A stretch of 32,000 bases of DNA from Schaalia meyeri (GTDB lineage: Bacteria > Actinomycetota > Actinomycetes > Actinomycetales > Actinomycetaceae), in NCBI RefSeq assembly GCF_900105015.1, contig NZ_FNLK01000006.1, forward strand, positions 30,001 through 62,000, in the 5' to 3' direction. This document shows, in pieces, positions 7,591 through 15,191 of the stretch (within the stretch, counting starts at the first letter, position 1; every line of letters starts with the position of its first letter). The notes beneath the pieces are model-generated. The model ran no database searches, was not told the DNA's origin, and saw nothing but the letters and a program-made list of their open reading frames with translations. Position numbers and translations under genes: made by a program.

Positions 7591-8271
7591 ATGGATTTCT
7601 ACACGCTGACGGCCATCAAGTTCGCGCTGGGGATCCTCATGATGATCTTCCAGATCAACATTCTCGGTAAGCGAGACTTCTCGCTCAATACCCCGCTCAA
7701 CCAGGTCCAGAACTATGTGCTGGGCGGCATCATCGGCGGAGTCATCTACAACTCGTCGATCACGCTGCTGCAGTTCCTGATCATCATCCTCATCTGGTCG
7801 CTCGTTGTTGTGGCCACGAAGATCCTCATTGATACCAGCAAGACGTTCAAGAAGCTCGCGGCTTGCCAGCCCGAGCTGCTCATCCGCGACGGAAAAGTGG
7901 ACATCGCCCGATGCGCGAAAGTCGGGCTGACGGCCCAGGGGCTGAGCAGGAGCCTTCGCGAGCACGGCGTCTCCAGCGTGGCAGACATTGAGGCGGCCAT
8001 CATGGAAACCAATGGAAGCCTCACGATTCGGGCGCGTGATGATGGTGCCAGGCGTTCGCTCCTGCCGCTGGTGAGCGATGGGCAGATGGTATCCGATGGC
8101 CTTGCGCTCGCGGGCAGGGATGCCGCGTGGGTGAAGGAACAGCTGAAGGCGCAGGGCTATTCCTCGGTCAAGCAGGTCTTCCTGGGCGAGCTGGTTGACG
8201 GTAAGCTTGAGGTCGTGCCTTTCTCGAAGGCCGCTAAACTCGCGCAGCGAGAGACGCCGCGGGGCAGCTGA
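7591..8271 (+). CDS. DUF421 (YetF/YdfS-like) membrane protein
   Basis: 226 aa. The N-terminal 3 TM segments (MDFYTLTAIKFALGILMMIFQINILGKR...) plus C-terminal soluble YetF-type domains (ELLIRDGKV...; EAAIMETNGSLTI) fit the family. It starts 1 nt after the DUF3290 stop. Confidence 0.7.
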   Translation: MDFYTLTAIKFALGILMMIFQINILGKRDFSLNTPLNQVQNYVLGGIIGGVIYNSSITLLQFLIIILIWSLVVVATKILIDTSKTFKKLAACQPELLIRDGKVDIARCAKVGLTAQGLSRSLREHGVSSVADIEAAIMETNGSLTIRARDDGARRSLLPLVSDGQMVSDGLALAGRDAAWVKEQLKAQGYSSVKQVFLGELVDGKLEVVPFSKAAKLAQRETPRGS

Positions 8272-8324
8272 GATCGCGAGGGGTCCGGAACAATGTGGTC
8301 CTATTGGTATAAGGAGGCCCTTTC

Positions 8325-8870
8325 ATGGCCCGCCCGACGAGCAAAGACGAGCTGATCGCCGCGTCCGCGCGCGGATACGGGAAACTCACGGAGTTTATTG
8401 CCTCCATGACCGAGGGTGAGCTGGCGGCCCCCTTCGACTTCTCTGCTGATACGGGCCGGAAGGAGGCGCACTGGAGCCGGGATGAGAACCTGCGCGACGT
8501 CCTGGCCCATCTCCACGAGTGGCACCTGCTTCTGCTGGACTGGGCGGGTGCCAACGCGGCCGGGGAGAAACGGCCGTTCCTGCCCAAACCCTACACGTGG
8601 CGGACCTACGGCGACATGAACGTCGCCCTGTGGCGAAAACACCAGGAGACGCCCCTGGAGAAGGCCCGCGGGCTGCTAGAAGAGTCCCACAACGCGGTCA
8701 TGGCCCTGGCGGCGGGGTTCTCCGACGAGGAACTGTTCCATAAAGGACGATTCGACTGGACGGGGACCACGACGCTGGGCTCTTACTTCGTGAGCGCCAC
8801 GAGTTCCCACTACGACTGGGCGCTCAAGAAACTTTGCGCCCACCGAAGGGCATGCGCGAGGCGCGCCTAG
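8325..8870 (+). CDS. ClbS/DfsB-family four-helix-bundle protein (DUF1706)
   Basis: MARPTSKDELIAASARGYGKLTEFI...W(S)RDENLRDVLAHLHEWHLLLLDW...PYTWRTYGDMN...SHYDWALKKL matches the family pattern as I remember it. Strong SD AAGGAGG at 8311-8317. Confidence 0.75.
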   Translation: MARPTSKDELIAASARGYGKLTEFIASMTEGELAAPFDFSADTGRKEAHWSRDENLRDVLAHLHEWHLLLLDWAGANAAGEKRPFLPKPYTWRTYGDMNVALWRKHQETPLEKARGLLEESHNAVMALAAGFSDEELFHKGRFDWTGTTTLGSYFVSATSSHYDWALKKLCAHRRACARRA

Positions 8871-9004
8871 CCGAGCCTGGGTGTACGCGCGGGTCTCGCT
8901 CCCACGGGCGGCCCCTCGCGCTCAGGCGCCCGCGGGGCTTCGCTTTTCGCGACGAGGCCGGGTGGGCGCCGATGCGGGAGGCACCCCTTGTGGCGCAGCC
9001 GGAT

Positions 9005-9035
9005 TACCGCCAGTGGCGGTATAATTATGGCGGTA
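9005..9035. promoter_or_regulatory. operator-like cluster: 17-bp perfect palindrome TACCGCCA-G-TGGCGGTA (9005-9021) plus a third half-site TGGCGGTA (9028-9035), flanking a consensus TATAAT (9020-9025)
   Basis: Exact inverted repeat followed by an exact direct repeat of the right arm 14 bp downstream. The TATAAT box overlaps the palindrome end. The cluster lies immediately upstream of the Fic-wHTH coding region. Confidence 0.5.
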
Positions 9036-9050
9036 ATGAAAGGACCGCCC

Positions 9051-10067
9051 ATGCCCTTGGAACCGTCAATCGAACGCAACGACGCGATCGATGCGCTGTG
9101 CATGGAGATTGCGGAACTCGTGGGCATGCTTACCCCTCACGCTCCATTGGCGACCAGCCCGACGCTGCATCGAAAGCTGAGGATCGAGACGATTCACTCA
9201 TCCCTCGTGATAGAGGGAAATAGGCTCGACGAGCGGGCGGTGACCGCAATCCTCGACGGAAAACGAGTGCTCGGTGACCGCAGAGACATCCTGGAAGTTG
9301 AGAATGCGCGTCGTGCCTACGATCTCATCCCCGGCTTGGATCCGTATTCGGTGGAGGATCTGCTTCGCGCTCATCGCGCGATGATGGACGGACTCGTGCC
9401 TGATGCCGGGCGTTTCCGTTCCGGTAACGTCGGAGTATTCGACGCAGATGTCCTCATTCACGCGGGAACGCCGGCGGCCTACGTGCCGGAGGTGATGGCA
9501 GATGTCTTTGGCTGGTTGCGCGCCACGCGCATGCATCCCCTGCTCGCCTCGTGCGTCTTTCACTTCGAGTTCGAGTTCTGTCACCCCTTCTCTGACGGTA
9601 ACGGCAGGGTGGGCAGGCTCTGGCATACCCTGCTTTTGTCGAGGTGGCGGCCTGTGCTGGCGTGGCTGCCCATCGAGAGTGCGATCAGGAGGAGGCAGGC
9701 GGTGTACTACGAGGCCCTCGCTGAGTCGGGCGCAAGCGGCTCAAGCGGGCGTTTCGTCGAGTTCATGCTTGAGGTGGTCAGGGAGTCGATTCTTCCGTTC
9801 GCGAGGCCGCCGAGCAAGAGCGATGCGGCTCGGACCCGCGTGCTTGACTTCTTCCGGCAGAACAGCAGGGGCACGCTCACCCAGCTCTCGGAAATCCTCG
9901 GGTGCTCGAAGCGGAGCGCCGAGCGGATCGTCGCGGAACTGAAAGAGGAAGGCCTGCTGATCCGGCAGGGAAGTGCGAGGTCCGGCGTGTGGATCGTCCG
10001 CGCAGGGGGGAGCCTCACACCTCGGCCTCGCCGTAGCGCCGACGCAACTGCGCGCGCAGATCCCTGA
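9051..10067 (+). CDS. Fic family protein (class II type, internal inhibitory helix) with a C-terminal winged-HTH domain
   Basis: Canonical Fic motif HPFSDGNGRVGR (nt 9582-9617). The SxxxEG inhibitory motif SLVIEG (nt 9201-9218) lies N-terminal to it. The C-terminal segment LTQLSEILGCSKRSAERIVAELKEEGLLIRQG is HTH-like. The start is ambiguous: ATG 9027, 9036 or 9051 (SD GAAAGGA at 9038-9044 favours 9051). Confidence 0.85.
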   Translation: MPLEPSIERNDAIDALCMEIAELVGMLTPHAPLATSPTLHRKLRIETIHSSLVIEGNRLDERAVTAILDGKRVLGDRRDILEVENARRAYDLIPGLDPYSVEDLLRAHRAMMDGLVPDAGRFRSGNVGVFDADVLIHAGTPAAYVPEVMADVFGWLRATRMHPLLASCVFHFEFEFCHPFSDGNGRVGRLWHTLLLSRWRPVLAWLPIESAIRRRQAVYYEALAESGASGSSGRFVEFMLEVVRESILPFARPPSKSDAARTRVLDFFRQNSRGTLTQLSEILGCSKRSAERIVAELKEEGLLIRQGSARSGVWIVRAGGSLTPRPRRSADATARADP

Positions 10068-10440
10068 AGTATCGGGCCTGGTATGAGCGCAGGAACAGTC
10101 TGGCAAGCCAGCCGGGGACAAACCTGCCCCGCACATCCACGTCCTCCGTGAACTGCAGGTGGCACCCGGAACCCGTCCGCGTGAAGACGCCTCGCCATGA
10201 TCCCTCCAGGGCCTCCCCGTCGATGGAGAACTCCCACACCTGCTCCTCCTCCCGGCGCACGGTCGTGAAACGAATGGGCGTGCCGCCCTTGGGATACTCG
10301 ATGAAGTCGTGCTCGCCGACCCTCTCGCATCGCTCCAGATCCGAACGCCACCGCCACTGACCGACATCGGTGACAACACGCCACACCTGGGATACCGACC
10401 AGGGCAGGTCGGCCTCGTGAACCACGCGAACTCGTGTCAT
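10015..10440 (-). CDS. SRPBCC (START/polyketide-cyclase-like) ligand-binding fold protein
   Basis: 141 aa. The N-terminal stretch ...VHEADLPWSVSQVWRVVTDVGQWRWRSDLE... and the overall size are typical of Polyketide_cyc2/SRPBCC proteins. It lies 76 nt downstream of, and co-oriented with, the BtrH-like gene. Its 3' end overlaps the Fic 3' end by 53 nt. Confidence 0.65.
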   Translation of the reverse strand: MTRVRVVHEADLPWSVSQVWRVVTDVGQWRWRSDLERCERVGEHDFIEYPKGGTPIRFTTVRREEEQVWEFSIDGEALEGSWRGVFTRTGSGCHLQFTEDVDVRGRFVPGWLARLFLRSYQARYFRDLRAQLRRRYGEAEV

Positions 10441-10516
10441 CGTCTCTCACTATCCCTTCCGCATCGGAGCCCAGGCCCTGGATGAGTGTGTCATGTCCCC
10501 GCCCGGCTCCTCCCGG

Positions 10517-11434
10517 TCACCCTCTCAGGATGCACAACTCCCTGAAGCGGTCGTCGAGCTCGGCGATTCCCTCCAGCGTGTCCGCCAGGGCCTCGTTGTC
10601 CTCCGTCAGGGTGTGCAGGTGCGCCTGCCCAAACAGGGAGGCGATCCGCTCCTTGAGCTCTGCCCGCTCCGCGTCGTGTTCGGCCAGGAAACGGGCAGCG
10701 TAGATGCTCCTCGCCGCAGCCAGTCGGAAACTGAAGTACTGGTGCATCTGCTTTTGCTGCGAGCTCATTCCGTTGCTGCCGATGGCCTCGGCGTAGGCGC
10801 GGATGACGCCCGACTCGCCCTGCTCGTAGCGCTTCCTCATGATCGACGAGACCTCCCGGTAGACCTCCTCGCGCCCCGGCTCCCTCACCCGCGTGAAGTT
10901 GCCCCACATGGAGAAGGCACCCCTCTTGTAGGAGATTGCCCGCGCTTCCCAGGCCTTCGCGAAGGCCTGGAACTCCATGCTCATACAGGGGAATCCCGCC
11001 GGATCGTGCAGGTGGATCCGGCCGCCGGTAAGGCCGAAGACGCAGACGAAGTGGTCGACCCCGCCCAGGCCCTGAAAGTTCGGGTTGTAGGTGAGCAGTC
11101 CCATGTCCAGGGGGCCCACCACCACGGGGCCGCTCTCCAGCATGCCCGCGAGCCGATCCCGGACCTCGGCGAGATCGCAGCCGGGTTCTTCGGCGAAGAA
11201 GTCCTCCCATTCGAAGCCGAGCATGCGCAGGCAGTTACTGATGGACACGTCGGGCTCCCCGTTGTCGAAGAAGACGAGCGGATGCCGAGGGTCGTCTTCC
11301 ATGACGCTCGCGCCGTTGCCCATGACCATGAGTGCCTCCAGGCGCTCGGGCCGCACGGGAAACCCGTAAGAATCCAGGGCCATCGCCAGGGAGTTGGTGT
11401 AGCACAGCGACACGTCTCCGAAGTACAGGCTCAT
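10517..11434 (-). CDS. BtrH-N-like (papain/C39-like cysteine hydrolase or acyltransferase fold) protein with a helical C-terminal domain (DUF4872-like)
   Basis: Starts MSLYFGDVSLCYTNSLAMAL (candidate nucleophile Cys) and continues ...GVDHFVCVFG...HLHDP (candidate His). This layout resembles the butirosin BtrH N-terminal family. ATG 11434 is preceded by GAGG; the 16 upstream codons on the ORF track are unlikely to be coding. Confidence 0.55.
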   Translation of the reverse strand: MSLYFGDVSLCYTNSLAMALDSYGFPVRPERLEALMVMGNGASVMEDDPRHPLVFFDNGEPDVSISNCLRMLGFEWEDFFAEEPGCDLAEVRDRLAGMLESGPVVVGPLDMGLLTYNPNFQGLGGVDHFVCVFGLTGGRIHLHDPAGFPCMSMEFQAFAKAWEARAISYKRGAFSMWGNFTRVREPGREEVYREVSSIMRKRYEQGESGVIRAYAEAIGSNGMSSQQKQMHQYFSFRLAAARSIYAARFLAEHDAERAELKERIASLFGQAHLHTLTEDNEALADTLEGIAELDDRFRELCILRG

Positions 11435-11593
11435 GCGTTCGCCTCGCTTTCTGCGCGTATGGGATCGATCCGTACCGGTCAATCCCGGAATCGTGGAGGG
11501 ACAAGCCGCGATGCGCCCTCGCTCGCCCCCGGAGACAGAATGACTGCGGCCGGTGGCCAGGGGAGCGGTCGGTGCTCACTCAGCCCTTCACTC

Positions 11594-11622
11594 ACGATAG
11601 CGGTGAGAAAAAATCCCGTCAA
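11594..11622 (-). promoter_or_regulatory. candidate promoter for the BtrH-like operon: TTGACG, 17-bp spacer, TATCGT (minus strand)
   Basis: The minus strand reads TTGACGggattttttctcaccgcTATCGT. On plus-strand coordinates the -35 is 11617-11622 and the -10 is 11594-11599. It lies about 160 nt upstream of ATG 11434. Confidence 0.4.
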
Positions 11623-11640
11623 CACAAGGAAAAATCGGGT

Positions 11641-11668
11641 TTGCATCGCAGGGGCTCACCGATAAAAT
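11641..11668 (+). promoter_or_regulatory. candidate promoter TTGCAT (11641-11646), 16-bp spacer, TAAAAT (11663-11668), back-to-back with the minus-strand promoter
   Basis: AT-rich hexamers with good spacing in a GC-rich background, 18 bp from the divergent -35. It would drive a transcript that covers a 52-codon ORF (11688-11846) and possibly the methyltransferase gene. Confidence 0.4.
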
Positions 11669-11842
11669 CCCCGGTCGGTAAGGAAGTATGATCCTCGGTG
11701 CGGCCTCGCTTCGCCTCGTCTCGGGCGCCGCCCTCGCTGATGATCCAGAAGGCCCGCGCCCGCGCCCGGCTGATTTGGCCCAGCGGCCAGGTCACCTCGC
11801 CGCAATCGGAACGGCCAGCCTCGCGGCATTGTGGCCGGGACC

Positions 11843-11872
11843 TTGACACCTTGCGAGTTGGCGCCCGATGGT
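11843..11872 (+). promoter_or_regulatory. candidate promoter for the methyltransferase gene: consensus TTGACA (11843-11848), 18-bp spacer, GATGGT (11867-11872)
   Basis: Perfect -35 hexamer and a -10 with the conserved A2 and T6. It is followed about 35 nt later by SD AAAGGAGAGAAAGG and ATG 11922. Confidence 0.4.
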
Positions 11873-11921
11873 GTTCCCTGTGAGCAGTGACCGTTCCTGC
11901 GATGCAAAGGAGAGAAAGGCC

Positions 11922-12728
11922 ATGGCCGAACTGAGCGAGCTGTCGATGACCCTGTACATTCCCCTCGTGGGGCGCATCTATGCGTCGAAACACTATCCCG
12001 ATATGATCGCCGACTCCAAGGTGCTGGACCTCGAACCTGCCCTGCCCTCGGACGCCGCGAAGATGTGCGACGCGCAAAATGAATACACGATGCTCTCGAG
12101 CGTCGCGCGTTCCGTCAACATGGACCGCCGGATCCGGGAGTTCCTCGCGGCGCACGCTGACGCGACGGTCGTGAACGTCGGATGTGGCCTGGAGACGACG
12201 TACTGGCGCTGCGACAACGGTCGCGCACTCTGGTTCGAACTGGACCTGCCCGAGGTCATTGACGTGCGCAGGGAACTCCTCAAGCCCGGCGATCGGCAGT
12301 TCCTGATCCCGGGGGACATGTTCGACTACTCGTGGATCGAACGGGTGAAGGAGCACGGTGAGCGCCCCACCATTGTCGTCGTCTCGGGCGTCTTCCACTT
12401 CTTCGAAGAGGAACGCGTCGTCGACTTCATCAACCATCTGGCCGCTTTCGACGACGTGCGAGTGATCTTCGATGTGACCTCGTCGAGGGGCCTGAAGATG
12501 TCGCAGCGCTACGTGAAGCATTTGAAAAACGCCTCGGTCATGCGCTTTTCGATCGATGACCCCCACGCGTTCGCCGACAGGCTCATCGATCAGGCGCGCC
12601 TGATCGAACACACCCCCTACTACCGGGACATCCACGTGCGCGGGACGAGACTGTCGACCAGGGCCGCCATGCGTATCTCCGACCTGTTCCGCATGGTGTT
12701 CATGACCACCATCGATATTCAGAGGTAG
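11922..12728 (+). CDS. class I SAM-dependent O-methyltransferase, TcmP / leucine-carboxyl-methyltransferase-like (COG3315 type)
   Basis: MAELSELSMTLYIPLVGRIYASK... resembles the N-terminal pattern of TcmP-like enzymes. VVNVGCGLETTY is SAM motif I, and WFELDLPEVI and VVVSGVFHFF are also present. Strong SD before ATG 11922; the 11868 start on the ORF track is unlikely. Confidence 0.7.
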   Translation: MAELSELSMTLYIPLVGRIYASKHYPDMIADSKVLDLEPALPSDAAKMCDAQNEYTMLSSVARSVNMDRRIREFLAAHADATVVNVGCGLETTYWRCDNGRALWFELDLPEVIDVRRELLKPGDRQFLIPGDMFDYSWIERVKEHGERPTIVVVSGVFHFFEEERVVDFINHLAAFDDVRVIFDVTSSRGLKMSQRYVKHLKNASVMRFSIDDPHAFADRLIDQARLIEHTPYYRDIHVRGTRLSTRAAMRISDLFRMVFMTTIDIQR

Positions 12729-12742
12729 TGAGGGGGTTCCCC

Positions 12743-13414
12743 TCAGCGCCATCCCCTCAGGAAGGCGTCGAGGCCTCGTTCGAATTGGGCGTTGAAGTCC
12801 CAGTTCCCCTCCATCATGTCGCCTATGAGGCCCCTGAGGGCGGCCAGGTCGCCCTCAGGCAGGGTCGCTATCGCATCGGCGAGGCCATCGTCGGGTTTGC
12901 CCGACGCGCCGCCGACCGGAGGAACGACCTCGGCCGCCGCGAATCCCGTGGTGTACACGGAGACAGCGGAGATGACGGCGAGTATGTCCAGGGGCGCCTC
13001 GAAACCAGCCTCCGTCAGGCGCGCCATGACTTTGGCGAGAAGCGCGAACTGGCCCGGCGTCGAAACGGGGTGCGTGAGCACCAGGATCACGGTGCCCGGG
13101 TGGGCCAGGAGGGTCGTGTGGAGGGCGATGGCGTATTCGCGCGCGAAACTCCGCCAGTCGCCGTCCGCTAGGCCGTCTTCGACGCGCGCGAGGAAAGAAT
13201 CGAAGGCGATCCGCAGCACCTCCTCGGCGACGCCCTCAAGCAATGCGGCCTTGTCGGGCACGTGTCGGTAGAAAGCCGTTTGGGACACGCCGAGGCGTTT
13301 GCCGAGGGCGCGCAACGACAGGGAGGGCAGGCCCTCCTCGTCGACGAGCGTGAGCGCCGCCGCGAGGATCTTCCCCCTCGTGAGCGTCCGTGTTCTGGGC
13401 GCGCCACCGGGCAT
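12743..13414 (-). CDS. TetR/AcrR family transcriptional regulator (last gene of the exporter operon)
   Basis: HTH: ILAAALTLVDEEGLPSLSLRALGKRLGVSQTAFYRHVPDKAALL. It lies 31 nt downstream of the permease gene on the same strand. Confidence 0.85.
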   Translation of the reverse strand: MPGGAPRTRTLTRGKILAAALTLVDEEGLPSLSLRALGKRLGVSQTAFYRHVPDKAALLEGVAEEVLRIAFDSFLARVEDGLADGDWRSFAREYAIALHTTLLAHPGTVILVLTHPVSTPGQFALLAKVMARLTEAGFEAPLDILAVISAVSVYTTGFAAAEVVPPVGGASGKPDDGLADAIATLPEGDLAALRGLIGDMMEGNWDFNAQFERGLDAFLRGWR

Positions 13415-13445
13415 GGCCTCTCCTCCCTGGCTTCGCGTGAAAAGT

Positions 13446-14201
13446 TTACTCCTTCTTTACCGCGAATCGTACCATCGCCAGCGTGGCCAGGCCGACGAAG
13501 AACGCCGCGAGGACGCCAACGGCTGGGAGCACGCCGACGACGCCCGCCCCGTCCAGACTCACCGAGTGGATGGCGTCGATTGCCCAGTACGCGGGGGAGA
13601 AGCGCGCGGCGCGCTGCGCCCAGTCGGGGAAGCTCGACACCGTGCAGAACGCCCCACCGATTCCGGCGGCGAGCATGCCGATGATGTTCGACAGGGAGAG
13701 CGCAACATCGTGGGAGGGCGCCCACAGGGCGATCGCCACGCCCAGCGCGGCCAGGACGGCGGAGAAGGCGAGTATCGCCAGCAGGAGCGCGGTCACCGAT
13801 CCTTTCGGCCTGTACCCGAAGATGAGTGCACCGAGGGCGAGCACGGCGAGCACCTGGACGAACTGTAGGAGGTAGGCGACCAGTGCCTTACCGGCGAGCA
13901 CGGCGCCGCGTGGAGTGGCCGAGGCGGCCAGCCTGGGCCACGTCCCCCACGCGTGCTCGTTGATGAAGGAGTTGATGATGGTCTGCACGGACAGGAACGA
14001 GAAGAGCACCGCCATCGATGGTACCGCCTGCTCCGCCCCGGTCGCGTCCACGTACCCGTCCGCTACCAGCATGGATTTGAACGCGGGGGTCATGAAGGGG
14101 ATGAGGATCAGGGGGATGACCGTGAGGATGAGTGTGGAGGCTGGGTCCGTGAGCTGGAGGCGGATGTTGAGCCGGATGACGGCCGATAGTTTCTTAAGCA
14201 T
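13446..14201 (-). CDS. ABC-2 type transporter permease (DrrB-like)
   Basis: 251 aa with 6 TM segments. Its size and layout are typical of the ABC-2 family. It overlaps the upstream ATPase gene by 8 nt. Confidence 0.8.
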   Translation of the reverse strand: MLKKLSAVIRLNIRLQLTDPASTLILTVIPLILIPFMTPAFKSMLVADGYVDATGAEQAVPSMAVLFSFLSVQTIINSFINEHAWGTWPRLAASATPRGAVLAGKALVAYLLQFVQVLAVLALGALIFGYRPKGSVTALLLAILAFSAVLAALGVAIALWAPSHDVALSLSNIIGMLAAGIGGAFCTVSSFPDWAQRAARFSPAYWAIDAIHSVSLDGAGVVGVLPAVGVLAAFFVGLATLAMVRFAVKKE

Positions 14202-15123
14202 TGTCCTCTTCTTCCTTTCCGACGATGGAGAGATAGGCGCTCTGTATGCCCGCCTGCCCGATGTGGATGTCCTCCAGGTGGTTGTCCTTCAGTGCTGGGG
14301 AGGCCAGGGCCTGTGCGATGAGCGCACCGGGATTGGGGATGTCGCCTTCTTGATAAAGCCACCCGTCCTGGATCCTCCAGCCGTCCAGGGGTGGGGGCGT
14401 GTGGGCGAAACTCAGGGCGATGGAGGCGCGGGCGTGGTCGGCGATAATGCGGTCGAGTGTCCCCGACACGACGATGCGCCCGCCATAGAGGATGGCGATG
14501 TCCGCCCCGAGCTCCTCGAACTCAGCGAGGTAGTGCGAGGTGTAGATGACGGCAGCGCCCGATTGGGCGAGTGAGCGCACCGCGCGAAGAATCTGGCTCC
14601 GGGCCTCGACGTCAGCGCCGACCGTTGGCTCGTCCATGAAGACCACCTCCGGGCGGTGCATGATCGCCATGCCCGCGTGCAGCCTGCGCCGCTGGCCGCC
14701 GGACAGGTGCTTCGCCCGCTTGGAGCACTGCTCCTTCAGGCCGAGGAGCTCCATGACCTCGTCGGTCCTGGCCCTGGCCTGTTTCCGGGGAACGCCCCCG
14801 AGCTGCCCGTAGAACGAGAGGTTCTGGGCGACGGTGAGGTCGGGGTAGACGCCGAGGTCCTGCGGGGCGTACCCGATGTGCTGGCCGACTCGCTCTTTGG
14901 CGGGGTCTGCGCCGCACACGGACACCGTTCCCGAGTCGGCGCTCCTCAGTCCGCACATGACCTCGATGAGGGTTGACTTCCCGGCGCCGTTGCGCCCGAG
15001 GAGGCCGAGCACTTGGCCCCGCGCGACGTCGAGGTTCACTCCGCGCAGGACCTCGTGGTCCCCGTAACTCTTGTGCACCGAACGCAGGCGCAGCGCCGAC
15101 GCGTTCGTTTTTGATCTAGGCAT
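14194..15123 (-). CDS. ABC transporter ATP-binding protein (DrrA / ABC-2 subfamily)
   Basis: Walker A GRNGAGKST, signature LSGGQRRRL, Walker B VVFMDEPT. ATG 15123 is preceded by GGAGGG; the ATG at 15138 is within that SD region and is less likely. Confidence 0.9.
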   Translation of the reverse strand: MPRSKTNASALRLRSVHKSYGDHEVLRGVNLDVARGQVLGLLGRNGAGKSTLIEVMCGLRSADSGTVSVCGADPAKERVGQHIGYAPQDLGVYPDLTVAQNLSFYGQLGGVPRKQARARTDEVMELLGLKEQCSKRAKHLSGGQRRRLHAGMAIMHRPEVVFMDEPTVGADVEARSQILRAVRSLAQSGAAVIYTSHYLAEFEELGADIAILYGGRIVVSGTLDRIIADHARASIALSFAHTPPPLDGWRIQDGWLYQEGDIPNPGALIAQALASPALKDNHLEDIHIGQAGIQSAYLSIVGKEEEDNA

Positions 15124-15148
15124 GTGACAGCCCTCCATAAGTTGACGC

Positions 15149-15191
15149 TGTTAACTTGTTCTGACGGTTGATAGGTTAACAGTGTTAACTT
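15149..15191. promoter_or_regulatory. GTTAAC-core operator set: perfect 15-bp palindrome GTTAACA-G-TGTTAAC (15175-15189) plus a direct repeat of TGTTAACTT (15149-15157 and 15183-15191)
   Basis: The palindrome lies inside the promoter spacer and -10. The third site lies between the predicted transcription start and the SD. This is the likely target of the operon-encoded TetR. Confidence 0.55.

Noticed and set aside
10493-12752. Long alternative ORFs: 10493-11665 (+, 390 aa) and 11619-12752 (-, 377 aa)
   Set aside because: Each lies antisense to a gene with a coherent domain signature (the BtrH-like protein and the methyltransferase). Their translations are low-complexity, and they would run through the promoter-rich 11435-11921 spacer.
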